64,000 nt of DNA from Eledone cirrhosa (lineage: Eukaryota). The stretch's first letter is position 1; each line of letters opens with the position of its first letter. Location: assembly GCA_964016885.1 (NCBI GenBank), contig OZ024755.1, positions 22,506,001-22,570,000 of the forward strand, written 5' to 3'. The notes beneath the pieces are model-generated. The model was not told where the DNA came from. It saw only the letters and a program-made list of their open reading frames with translations, and searched no databases. The translations under genes and the position numbers were made by a program. This document shows, piece after piece, positions 26,988-39,904 of this stretch.

Positions 26988-29900
26988 GTGTGTGTATGTA
27001 TGTGTGTGTGTGTGTGTGTGTAAAAGGAAGAAAAGGTATTTGACGATGTGGAACTAATATGTATTAGAGAAAGAGGTAGAGAGAGGGATAGAGATATTGG
27101 AGTGTATTTCTTTAAATATAGAAATTATATGATCGAAGAAAAATGACGGAAAGAAACAGGTGACTACTGAAGAAGAGAAAGAAATGAGTAAAAGAAGAGA
27201 GAAGCAAAATAAAGAATGGATGGAAAGAAAGGTGAAATGTATGTGAGTAGGCAGTTATACTCCATCCAATTGAGTTGAGAGCAGGAACTAATCAATAGAA
27301 GCTATGTGCAATTTTGTTTGAACTACTAGTTAAGCAGTGTAATATTAAATGATGAACTGGCTGAATAATAGCTGAATATTAGTTGGGCTTACAACTTCGG
27401 ATGTAAACGACACAGAGAGAGGAGAGAGAGACAATTCTAGTTATCTAATTATGGATATACCTCAGCTTCTTCTTGATTTCTTCCTCTTCAGTTTTACTGT
27501 CGTTCTACTCCAAGACACACAAACACACACACACATGCCACACCATCTTTCTCACTTGGTTGCTTAGCTGATGGCAGTTGTACCATTTCTTATCTCATTT
27601 AAATTGAAAGTGGATTTGGGGATGAGATGGTGTCAAATAAGGTATTTAGAGTTTAAAATAAAACAAAAAAAAATTAAATAAACAAAATTAGAATTATTGT
27701 TTGACTTGTTTCATGTTAAATTGTTGCAATAAATATATTTAGAGATATAATCAATAAGGTTTTCATTGGTTCAACTTTGTTTCCATAGAATCGGCAAGAT
27801 GAAATGAAAGATATAATCAATAAAGTGGTTATGGAATAACCAATATAACCAGAACAAATTCATTTTCAAATTAGTCCCCGAAATTAATTATATCTCTCTT
27901 ATAATGACAGTGATCCATTTGAATGTATTGTGTTGTTTAAAGTATCCCTGTTATTAATAACTCTAATTATCACAATCTACTAATCATTTTATCATTGTTG
28001 ATAAATTACTCCCTCTGTTTATATGTTTATTAGACTCTATCAGTGTTACTTATGTGTTTTTACCAAAATATGTCTGAAACTTCTTCAGAATTATCTCCCC
28101 TCTCTATCAGTATCAGTCAAAATGCTTCTTTCTGACTATTTTGGATTAAAGGAAAGGGATTATAACAGACATTATACAGTTACACTATATTTTGATGGAC
28201 CCCAACACTTCCCATTCCAACCAGCACTACATATAACAAACATGTACATTAGCCTGTAAAAGGAATGCCTGTATGTGGTTCTTTGACTTGATAGAAATGG
28301 TAAATAAATATTCTTCAAATTGCACTTACCATTTCAAAAATAATAAGCACATATTAGATATGGGTCTTCTAAAAAGTAAATGGAAACAACACAGTACAAT
28401 GAAGAATGCTTGATATAGTAGTAGGAAAAGAGTTTTTATGTTTCAGACCCTAGTCCTTGAGCAGATGATAGAATGAGAAGTAAAAGATGAAATAGAAAGG
28501 TAGAGAGTGGGTAGAGGAAGCTAGGAAAAACCTTCTTTTTTTTTTTAGAAAAAGCACGTGTGTTTTCAGACAGCCATTTTGGATAGGTAGTTCTATATAC
28601 ACTATCTGAAAAGAAACAGGATGGTCAGAGCTGATCTGGGGCTCAACAACATACTTTTACTATACTTAGTAACTGTCATGGTTGTAGAAATTGTTAATCT
28701 ATTTTTTATGGTAAACCCAGAAGACTAATTATCTGATAGGAAGAATGGTGGGAAAAAACTATTACTTGTGCAACAAGCAGCACAACTATCTTAAATGTGG
28801 ATTCTGCTAAAGGTACTCAAGGACTTAAAGTGGTGGTGTTAAAGTGCACAATGGTTGTCTACCACCCAAAAGTGTGTGGGTGAGTTTGTGCTTACATTTC
28901 TTCCAATAAAGATCCATAGTTTTATGTCTTTGCTCTTCTGTTATTTTTATTCTTTCAAGTTCTGTAGAAGAATAATAACTTCTATTCATTGAAATTTAGA
29001 CAATTTGTGAGTCATAAATGGAATGCTGGAAAAGTCTTACATATTTTAACAAGTAATCTATTAATAGGTAGAATTTTACAAAATTCACTTCAACTATTTT
29101 TGTCATTGATAAGGAAACTGAGATTTTTAAAAATATTTTATGTCACTCAAGCAAACTGAAGCAAATAGAGTTATGTTCATGTTTATAGACTTGAGACAAA
29201 TATTGTAATCATAAGATGTGAAGCCATGATCATGTGAGCAGTAGTACTACACCTTACACTTATAACCATTAAGTAGCCTTATAAATGAATGAATATATAT
29301 GTTAATAGCCAATCCTGGTCCTTTTCACTCCTGTTGGAGGAACCCCTCCCAGGTTGACCTCCACAGCTCACTCTTTGGTTTTGGTCATTTCAGGGGTGTA
29401 GCCTTACTCACCACGCTTGGCCAATTGTGGGTTGGTGAAGCTATTTAACCCATAGTTGGGGTGAATGATTGTTGACTCTGAGGAATTCATCCATCCTTTT
29501 AACAGCTCGTTTTGTTTTGTTTTTTTGTTTTTTTTTTCTGCTTCTGGGTTCCCACTTACTCTCCCCACCAAACCAAGGTCTGATATGGGAGCCAGTTTAG
29601 TTCCAAATCACTCAACCATGAAGCAAGTTGTACTGGGTTACATGGTACCAGTAGCAGGCAGAAGCCTCACTTGACATAAGTGTTTTTATATATATATATA
29701 TATATATAAACATTTATATATATATTAAAAGCTCAATAAATGTTTGCAAGAGACAATTTAATTGCATAACTGTTTGAAATTATGGGAAAATAGTTCAACT
29801 CAGTTGTATTTGCTAATTACATTTATCCATTTACTGCATCAACTAAACTCTACTGAAATCTAATCTAGAATGACGAAACCTGACACCACATTTCCATCAC

Positions 29901-32164
29901 TATTCTGTGTATCTACCTTAGTTTAATGATAATACACCCTTAATCTCTAGAGGATAGTTTCTCTGTCATCGTTACTTTCAATATGATTTGATGCTGGGTA
30001 TTAGATGGTTGTGTGAGCAAAAGTGGCTTTAATGTATGACAAAGGATCTCTTAATGAGGCAATGGTAAAACATCAGTTATCTCTTCCAGTGATTGGCAGC
30101 AGTGTTGCTTGGAAAGAGATTGTTTCATTCTAAATACACCTGAGACAGTGGAAACAACTATCACGTATACAGAGAATGTTTCAAGCTCACTGCATTGCAT
30201 GTGACCTGGAGGTTAACAATAAATTCCACCTGAAATTGTTGGCTGTGTACCAGCAGCTTTTTTCACTCAGTTACTGCAGGACCTCAGTATTCTACATATT
30301 ATCTGTCATATTGAATACAAAGTAATTTTCCAAATAATATTAAATAACTGTCCTATAAGCTATTTTGTTTAATCACTACTCTATTGCATTCCAAGCCTGT
30401 GACTGGAACATAGATTTAGTCTTCAGTTGAGTGATTTTGCTTCACTAATGGAGTGTACTGAGGTTGATTCTTCCTCTATATCTCTTTCTCACTTCCTCTC
30501 TCTCACTCTCTATACTTCTCTGGAAGAAATCTGCTGTGTTCAGACCTGCAGAAGGATAGGCTCTGCCAGGCATGAAATACCCTAGAAATGCTGTAGGGCA
30601 CTACAGTGCCCATACAACTCTATCAAGAGTTACGGGACCATACCATTGAATATACTTGTGGTTATTTAGCTCTGGATCAGCTTTGATTGATCAGGATGAA
30701 ATACATACTAGCATGACCACTTCATGATCATCATCATCAACACCATCATCATCAACATCACCATCAACAACACCATCATCATCAACATCACCATCATCAT
30801 CATTTAACATCTATTTTCTATGCTTGCATGGGTTAGACAGGCTGTTACCTACTTAGACTAGACTGGTCAGATGACTACATCTTCCCCCATGTGTTCCTCT
30901 TTTGGCTTTGTTTCTACGGTTGGATGCCCTTCCTAATGCCAGGCACTTTACGGTGCTTACTGAAATACACACTCTCTCTCTCTCTCTTTCATAGACACAC
31001 TCTCACACTCACACACACTACTGCTTATGTTAATCTGTAAAATGTTCTGAGCTGAATTATTTACCATATTTTATTAGAACATTCATGTAAATAGAACATA
31101 AAACATAAGTATGTTGTATGTTTTTTACATTGAAAGAATGGGACCAAATAATTCATGAGACCAGATAGCAACAATATATCTATGAGAGTAAATGGTGCAT
31201 TGGTCACTAACCTCAAAATTCTTTATAACCCCCCCCCCCCTCTCTCTCTGTATCATCGTCATCATTTTACATCTGTTGTTCCACACATTTTCATGCTTTG
31301 GACAGGTCCTTTTTAGTACAGCATCTCTCTACTTGTCACATTCCTTTGTCATCTTCTCAGAGAGCTTTAGCAATCTGAGATCGGCTCTCAATTTTGGGGC
31401 TGAAATATTTTTTGAGAAGCAGTGTTGAATTTGTTAAAGTAAAATAATTTCCTCTCTAAGGGAAAAAATGATGTTATTCCATACTAAGTGGAACTTAAAT
31501 TAACATTTGGTTTCAAGACTATTGTGTTCTCTTTTTTTACTTGTAGCCATTAATATTTTCTGTCAAATTAACCAATTCTTTGTTGTTTGGTTTTTCTTAA
31601 ATTCTAAGATGACCTTTTTTTTTTTATTTTTTATTTATTTTTTTTTTTTTATTTCAATGTTTTTACTTAGGTTAGATTTTAGAGGAAATTTACTATTTCA
31701 TCTGTCTGTTATAAGAGTTGAAAATAAACAGAAAATTCAATATAACCACTAAAGTAACTAGTCTTTGTAATTTATCGGTTGTTCAACCTTCTTCCATCTC
31801 ACTGTTATCACAGAGCTGATTAACCCATAGATATTTTTTGTGACAACCATCAACAATAGGAGAATGAGTAAGCCTATTTTTCACTAGATTTTAGATTCTT
31901 TTTGAAAGAGTGTTGCAGTATGAACACTCTGTGGTGGCCTGTGATGATGTTGTTCAGTTTTATTCACAATCTACCTTCACTGAATTCATCCTCTATACTA
32001 CTATTACTTAACTTGGTTCTGACAAAAGATTTTTATCCTTTGATCCAGAAAGAATAGCTTTTTATCTTTTGTAGGCTGTGAATTGGTAGAATGTAGGCTG
32101 GTTTGGTTTATTAGTTTGGTTTCTACAAAAGAAATACAAAAACGAAATTATATATATATATATA

Positions 32165-32503
32165 TCATCATCATTTCATTTTACGTCCGCTTTTTCCCTG
32201 CTTGCAAGAGTGGGACGGGAACTGATTCTGGCTTGATTTCTACAGCTGGATGCCCTTCCTAACACCAACCTCATTTACAGTGAGTGCTGGGTGCTTTTTT
32301 GCCGTGGCACCTCCACGACCACTTTACAGTGGAATGATATGGACCCCAGTCCCTATCATCTCATTTCTACAGCTGAGTAAACTGGAGCAATGTGAAATAA
32401 AGTGTCTTGCTCAAGGAAACAACACATCACCCGGTCTGAGAATTGAATTCACAACCTTTCGATTGCAAGGCCAATGCTCTAACCACTAAGCCATGTGCCT
32501 CCA
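32165..32503 (-). mobile_element. full-length CORE-type SINE with RTE-derived 3' tail
   Basis: Reverse complement of the 39905-40238 copy: tRNA head, CORE-like domain, RTE tail. Confidence 0.85.
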
Positions 32504-32512
32504 TATATATAT

Positions 32513-32830
32513 ATATAAATATTAATAAAATAGATGTTCTTTTGATCAATTACATTTTATTATACATATTTCGGATGTACAACAGTACATCCTCATCAGA
32601 CAGAATATAATGATACATCTCAGGGTATGTCATGTATCATTATATTCTGTCTGATGAGGACGTACTGTTGTACATCCGAAATATGTATAATAAAATGTAA
32701 CTGATCAAAAGAACATCTATTTTATTAATATTTATATTTTAATATTAATAAATTATTTTCCGTAGAGTGCTTCCAATCTACTGTAAAACTCATTCTTTGA
32801 CATAATCATTGAATATTGTTTAACACTTTA
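32513..32830 (+). mobile_element. fold-back Penelope-like pLTR element (106 bp arms, 13 nt loop, single-copy tail)
   Basis: 32513-32618 vs 32632-32737 inverted, 2 mismatches seen; a hammerhead in each arm; (TA)n on both flanks. Confidence 0.8.
32638..32697 (+). ncRNA. minimal type I hammerhead ribozyme (mirror copy on - strand ~32553-32612)
   Basis: CUGAUGA (32651)-GGACGUAC uguu GUACAUCC-GAAA (32678)-UAUG-UA; the minus-strand copy has a perfect stem II GGAUGUAC/GUACAUCC. Confidence 0.8.
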
Positions 32831-32844
32831 ATATATATATATAT

Positions 32845-33640
32845 ATTACACAATTATCAAAGTTATGTTCAAATCATTTTATTGTTGACAATCGTTTCTT
32901 CCAAACTTTCGTTTGGAGTCATCGGAGCATTAGCAATGTTTGTACATATAATTAACCTCCTATTCACCTGAACAATCATAGAGATACATATATATTGATG
33001 TTGTGAACAACAGTTTCGTATTTACAGGGTGTAATGGATGAGACATATATTATACGAGAATTGTACAATAATTCAAATTAAAATTAAAAGCACAGAGTGG
33101 AATACATGCAACAGATAATACAAGGGAATAGTCTAATAATTAAAGAAGCATTGAGAAAGAATGAGGACACTAGCAAGCGTGTAGAGAGTGCACATGAGTT
33201 AGTCATATATATTAAGGAAACAAGCAAAGGTATTAGGTATAAATAAATACTGTATGGCACAGGTATCACATAAAATAACACAGGTATAAAAAGCAAAGGT
33301 GATAGTGTATTAAAATTATGGTGAATGTAATGTGATGATTGTTTCTGTAGTTTTCAAATGTGTATGTGCTGAGATTATCAAAGTTATTGTTTTCTTTTCC
33401 ACTACATATGTTAAATTATATTTTAGTTAATGTTTATATTGAATGTTTTTAGTTAGTTATAGCAATGGATTGTAAATTGGTCTTATTGTATTCTTTTCCC
33501 TGGATTAAAGTTGTTCTACAGTGATTTTTTCTAACGGTTTAATTTCCGGAAGTATGATTTGAACATAACTTTGATAATTGTGTAATTTATATTCCTGCTC
33601 TGTAAAACACTTAATGTTCTTACTTTGAGCTACTTCTCTT
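32845..33640. mobile_element. Penelope-like element remnant bounded by a 33 bp inverted repeat plus tail
   Basis: attacacaattatcaaagttatgttcaaatcat (32845-32877) vs its reverse complement (33554-33586). Confidence 0.65.
32881..32938 (-). ncRNA. variant minimal hammerhead (CCGAUGA core)
   Basis: Minus strand: CCGAUGA-cUCCAAAC gaaa GUUUGGAa-GAAA-CGAUU-GUC-aacaau. Confidence 0.6.
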
Positions 33641-33719
33641 ACTGGTAATAAAGTAGTAATACATTGCTGACCTTTCCTGTTTATAGTTGTTTATAGTATA
33701 TACATAACTATAAATAGTA

Positions 33720-33774
<55 letters not shown>

Positions 33775-33829
33775 CATCATCATCATCATCATCATCGTTT
33801 AACGTCCATCTTCCACGCTTGCATGGGTG

Positions 33830-33899
<70 letters not shown>

Positions 33900-34327
33900 G
33901 AGTTTCGGCAGTTTCTGTCTACCAGATTATTGCCCAAGGTGCTGCACAACAGGACTGAACCTAGGACCAAATGTTTACAAAGTGAACTCCTTAATCACAC
34001 AGCTCCACCTGCACTTAAGACTATTTTTCAATGAAGAACAGTTTTATTTTTAATCATAGGTTCTGTCATTTTGACTAATCTAACCAGTTTACTATGAAAC
34101 AGAAGTAGTAGGCATTTAGTTCAGGTGCAAAACTATATCTGTTAATTCACCTCCCTACATCCAACTCCACTGATTTCTTCTCACATTGGCTCAATGCCAC
34201 AAGTGTGTATGAAAGAAAAATAGTTGATTGATTGATTCCCTGGTGAGATGAATGGAGAAACCAAAATCAACCCCCAGCTGTATCTTAACTGAGATAAGAG
34301 AGGAATGAGGCTAAATTCTGGGAGACA

Positions 34328-34563
34328 TTTAGTTCATGGTTAAAACATGTCTGCTAGTTCAAGTTCCCCCACCACCACCACCACCTAATTACATATAGTG
34401 CTGGTATATATCATTTAGTTCATGGTTATAACATGTCTGCTAGTTCAAGCCCCTTCCCTTAATTACATATAGTGCTGGGATATCTCATTTAGTTCATGGT
34501 TATAACACGTCTGCTAGTTCAAGCCACCTTCCCTTAACTACATATAGTGCTGGGATATCTCAT
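34328..34563. repeat. ~75 bp tandem repeat, 3 copies
   Basis: catttagttcatggtta(t/a)aacatgtctgctagttcaag...acatatagtgctgg occurs three times. Confidence 0.85.
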
Positions 34564-34579
34564 AAAAAAATTTGTTATA

Positions 34580-34920
34580 ATCACATAGCTTTTTGGTTAA
34601 AACATTAATTTTGCAACTACATGGTTTGGGATTCAATCCCACTGCATGGCACCTTGGGCTAACTAATGTCTCCTACCATAGTCTTGGACTAACTAATGTC
34701 TTCTACCCTATCCTTGGCTAACTAATGTCTTCTACCCTATCCTTGGCTAACTAATGTCTTCTACCCTATCCTTGGCTAACTAATGTCTTCTACCATAGTC
34801 TTGGGCTAACTAATGTCTTCTACCCTATCCTTGGCTAACTAATGTCTTCTACCAACGCATTCGACTAACCAATGTCTTGTAAGTGAAATTTGGTAGATGG
34901 TAACAACAGAAGCCCATCAT
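34580..34920 (+). mobile_element. OR-like SINE with internal ~30 bp x6-7 expansion
   Basis: ggattcaatcccactgcatggcaccttggg head, then (ctaactaatgtcttctaccctatccttgg)n. Confidence 0.7.
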
Positions 34921-36111
34921 ATTCCTTTAATTTCTTACTGGTTTCAGTCATTTCACTGCAGCCATATTGGAGCACTGTCTTGACCCCAGTAATTATTTTT
35001 TCAAGTCCGATACTTATTTTATCAATCTCTTTTGTTAAACTGCTAAGTTTTGAGATGTAAACACAGATATGGGCACACACACATATAAATGGAAAAAGGA
35101 TTGTATGTGTGTGTGTGTGTGTGTGTGTGTATGTGGATGGGTGGATATACGCGTGTGTGTTTGTATGTGATAGGCTTCTACTATTTCTAAATTTCACTCA
35201 TCAAGCATTGATCAACCCAAGGCTATAGTAGAAGACACTTTCCCAAGGTACCACACAGTTGGATTAATTCCTGAATACATGTGCTTGTAAAGCAAATTCC
35301 TTGACCAAACAGCCATGCCTGTATCTATGTATGTGTATATATGCTATTATCACCATCACATGTCTGTTTAACCCATACTGACATGGCTTACACAGGTTGT
35401 CATGGGCCAAGACTAGACAGGTCAGAGAGACCTCATCTTATTCATACATTCCATATTTGGCAGGATACCCTTCCTAATACCAACCATTTTACAGTGTGTA
35501 CTGAGTGTATTCTATCATGGCACCAACACTAGAACTAGAAATGATGTCATATATGCAACCAGACTGTATCGTCTTTGTTTGATTGCCAATCACAGTACTT
35601 GGTGCCACTATCTTGGCACCATCATTGTGTCGGTGTGCTGACTAATATAACTCTGCGTCCTTCAGTTTTCCTGGCTGACAAAATAGGTTCTACTTCTATT
35701 TCAGAGTTAAGTGGTTAGCTGTCTGAAAGGATATTGAGTGTTAATAAGACAACTACAACTACAACAATGACAACTGCTTCTATAAAACTCATCCTGCTTG
35801 TACTAGCATGGAAAATTTGATACAAAATAGATAACAATTTCTCGGAGAAGGACATTCTAATAATCTATTAATAAACGTAGACTTATTTATAGATGCTTTG
35901 GGGGAAACATATAAAGTTGAGCTGACATAACACAATCTGTCATCATCATTTCTATATCAGAAACAAGTAGTTGTGTCCTCTGGACAGTTCTGTGTCGATG
36001 TAGGGGAGTTTCCAACTTCTGGATACTCTACCGCTTCATTGTTGACATCTGAAAGCTGTGATTCAGCTATCTATCCAATTTAATATGGTAAAAGCTCCTT
36101 GACTAAATGGT

Positions 36112-36340
36112 TTAACCCTTTACCATTTACATTACTTTGTATTTACTATTGTATTTTGGGGGTAAAGGTTTTACCTCACATAATTATCTCACATAATATC
36201 AAATATATGAGATTTTGATATTATTTATTTTGAGAACAATACCTTAATATCAGTATGAGTGGCCAGTTACAACTGGTTTGAACAGAAATAGGTGAGAGAA
36301 TTCTGGCCGGATATGACCAGTTTAAATTCTAAAGGGTAAA
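36112..36340. mobile_element. piggyBac-like MITE remnant
   Basis: ttaacccttta... and ...taaagggtaaa termini; subterminal ctggccggatatgaccagtttaaa. Confidence 0.5.
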
Positions 36341-37904
36341 GCTCCTAGCAGGTATCTGGGAGATATGGGGCTCAATTACTCATAGCAGCTAATGGCAACA
36401 ACTTTTTCTGTCTTTAAGCGTCTTCACTCTATTTTATAAGCTATTTTATAACATTTCCATGCATGAGCATACCAAAGGGTAAAGCTCCTAGCAGGTATCT
36501 GGGAGATATGGGGCTCAATTACTCATAGCAGCTAATGGCAACATCTTTTTCTGTCTTTAAGCGTCTTCACTCTATTTTATAAGCTATTTTATAACATTTC
36601 CATGCATGAGCATACCAAAGGGTAAAGCTCCTAGCAGGTATCTGGGAGATATGGGGCTCAATTACTCATAGCAGCTAATGGCAACAACTTTTTCTGTCTT
36701 TAAGCGTCTTCACTCTATTTTATAAGCTATTTTATAACATTTCCATGCATGAGCATACCAAAGGGTAAAGCTCCTAGCAGGTATCTGGGAGATATGGGGC
36801 TCAATTACTCATAGCAGCTAATGGCAACATCTTTTTCTGTCTTTAAGCGTCTTCACTCTATTTTATAAGCTATTTTATAACATTTCCATGCATGAGCATA
36901 CCAAAGGGTAAAGCTCCTAGCAGGTATCTGGGAGATATGGGGCTCAATTACTCATAGCAGCTAATGGCAACAACTTTTTCTGTCTTTAAGCGTCTTCACT
37001 CTATTTTATAAGCTATTTTATAACATTTCCATGCATGAGCATACCAAAGGGTAAAGCTCCTAGCAGGTATCTGGGAGATATGGGGCTCAATTACTCATAG
37101 CAGCTAATGGCAACATCTTTTTCTGTCTTTAAGCGTCTTCACTCTATTTTATAAGCTATTTTATAACATTTCCATGCATGAGCATACCAAAGGGTAAAGC
37201 TCCTAGCAGGTATCTGGGAGATATGGGGCTCAATTACTCATAGCAACTAATGGCAACATCTTTTTCTGTCTTTAAGCGTCTTCACTCTATTTTATAAGCT
37301 ATTTTATAACATTTCCATGCATGAGCATACCAAAGGGTAAAGCTCCTAGCAGGTATCTGGGAGATATGGGGCTCAATTACTCATAGCAGCTAATGGCAAC
37401 ATCTTTTTCTGTCTTTAAGCGTCTTCACTCTATTTTATAAGCTATTTTATAACATTTCCATGCATGAGCATACCAAAGGGTAAAGCTCCTAGCAGGTATC
37501 TGGGAGATATGGGGCTCAATTACTCATAGCAGCTAATGGCAACATCTTTTTCTGTCTTTAAGCGTCTTCACTCTATTTTATAAGCTATTTTATAACATTT
37601 CCGTGCATGAGCATACCAAAGGGTAAAGCTCCTAGCAGGTATCTGGGAGATATGGGGCTCAATTACTCATAGCAGCTAATGGCAACATCTTTTTCTGTCT
37701 TTAAGCGTCTTCACTCTATTTTATAAGCTATTTTATAACATTTCCATGCATGAGCATACCAAAGGGTAAAGCTCCTAGCAGGTATCTGGGAGATATGGGG
37801 CTCAATTACTCATAGCAGCTAATGGCAACATCTTTTTCTGTCTTTAAGCGTCTTCACTCTATTTTATAAGCTATTTTATAACATTTCCATGCATGAGCAT
37901 ACCA
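36331..37904. repeat. 143 bp tandem array, 11 near-identical copies
   Basis: Unit starts aaagggtaaagctcctagcagg and ends catgcatgagcatacc; period measured from 36331 to 36474. Confidence 0.97.
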
Positions 37905-37971
37905 TTCTTTATATCAAGTCATTCAGTTTTACTGGATCAAAACAGTTAGGTGAACTTAGAATATAAGATTA

Positions 37972-38140
37972 TGCGGTGGATTGGCAGAATCGGTAGAGGG
38001 TCGGACGCCATGCTTTGACGCATAGAGTTATGGCCCTTGCCATTCTGAGTTCAAATCCCGCCGAGGTTAACTTTGCCTTTCATCCTTACGGGGTCGATAA
38101 AATAAAGTACCAGTAATACACTGAGGTAATAGCTGGCCTT
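37972..38140 (+). mobile_element. Meta-type SINE
   Basis: Consensus match, 3' end clipped. Confidence 0.85.
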
Positions 38141-38410
38141 ATTTGTTGTTTTTATCTTACTTGGCATATTTACTAAAGACACATAGGCATACATAGTTCA
38201 TAGTTAGTTGTATGTGTGTGTGTATACGTATATACATGTGTGTGCCTGTATGTATGTATATATATATGCATAAATATATATATATATATATATATGTATA
38301 TGTATGTATATAAATATATGTATGTATACAAATATATATATGTATGTATACAAATATATATATGTATGTATATAAATATATATATGTATGTATATAAATA
38401 TATATATGTA

Positions 38411-38784
38411 TCATCATCATCATCATCATCATTTTATGTCCGCTTTTCCCTGCTTGCAAGGGTGGGACGGGTCTTATTCAGCACAGCATCTTTCCACTCG
38501 TCACGGTCCCTCGTCATCTCCACCGTGAGCTTCAATGATCTGAGGTCTGTTCTCACCACCTCCGCCCATGTTTTTCGTGGTCTACCTCTACCACGTCTTC
38601 CTTCAACTGGCATTTCCTGGCACTTCTTCACCCATCGGTCATCCTCCATGCGCATCACATGTCCATACCACCTCAGTCTCCTCTCCCGTACACTACATTC
38701 TATCCCTCTCAGACACAGTTTCTCTCTCAACACATTTATGCTGGGTCGTTCACGCACATTTACACTGCACATCCAACGGAGCAT
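38411..38784 (-). pseudogene. RTE-clade LINE 3' fragment (ORF C-terminus)
   Basis: MLRWMCSV...[12 protein letters not shown]...[12 protein letters not shown]...DRDEW is typical of an RTE C-terminus; (gat)n tail; embedded in a TA/TG microsatellite. Confidence 0.92.
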
Positions 38785-38957
38785 GTATGTATATAAATAT
38801 ATATATGTATGTATATATATATATGTATATATATATGTATGTATATAAATATATATATATATATGTATATATAATGTAGGAGGTGAGTTTTATTGTAGAA
38901 CAATAAAAGCAATGCAAATATCGGATAAGTGTGTATATATATATATCCGCTCATTGT

Positions 38958-39002
<45 letters not shown>

Positions 39003-39016
39003 TATATATATATGTG

Positions 39017-39051
<35 letters not shown>

Positions 39052-39054
39052 ATG

Positions 39055-39108
<54 letters not shown>

Positions 39109-39620
39109 CACACACATACACACATATATACATGTGTGCATGTGTGAGTAATCTTAAAATCTGCAAGTGGAGGTCTTTCAGTAGACAAACTGATATTATC
39201 ATTTTAGACATGACAACAGAAACTGTTCTCTAAAGATTAGAAAATTATATAACAAGGAATATAGAATTAGAAATTTGTCAAGATTCTTCAATGATTATAC
39301 CTCTTTTTTTTTTCTTTTTTTTTTTTCATTTATAGCTCTTGAAGTTGTCTAAATTCAATTTGTGTTGAGTTATCAATGAAAGTTCTCAACAGATAACTTC
39401 TTCCTTTGTTGCTGAGTCTGAAAATTAGGCAGAGAATTTTAGAACAAAATAAAGAGAATTTTTAAACGGAAAAAAAAAAAAAAAAAAGAAAGTCAGGCCA
39501 GAAAAGGATACTGAAAAGATAAAGTTAATTACACATTCGCTAAACTTTTAGAGATAATTTTGGATTTTATTCAGCACTTGAAACTGTGCAAGTTACTATT
39601 TTGTTGGTTGTTTTTGCTGG

Positions 39621-39885
39621 ATAGTCTTGGCCTGATCTAAGTAGCCTTTGACTAGTGTTTTAGCCACCACCATCTTGTCTTTCATGTAAGTATGCTAACT
39701 TATCATTTGCAATATAAGACGTATAGGTGCGATATATATATCGCACCTATATATATATACATATATATATATATCTCGCACCTATGTTTCATATTGCAAA
39801 TGATAAGTTAGCATACCTATATGAAAGAGAAGATGGTGGTGGCTAAAACACTAGTCAAAGGCTACTTAGACCAGGCCAAGACTAT
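39621..39885. repeat. ~110 bp inverted duplication centred on (TA)n
   Basis: atagtcttggcctgatctaagtagcc... vs ...ggctacttagaccaggccaagactat; nested perfect palindrome at 39722-39751. Confidence 0.88.
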
Positions 39886-39904
39886 ATATGTATATATATA
39901 TATA

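Noticed and set aside
36331-37904. CRISPR array or coding repeat
   Set aside because: Units are essentially identical with no spacers, 143 is not a multiple of 3, and there is no ORF.
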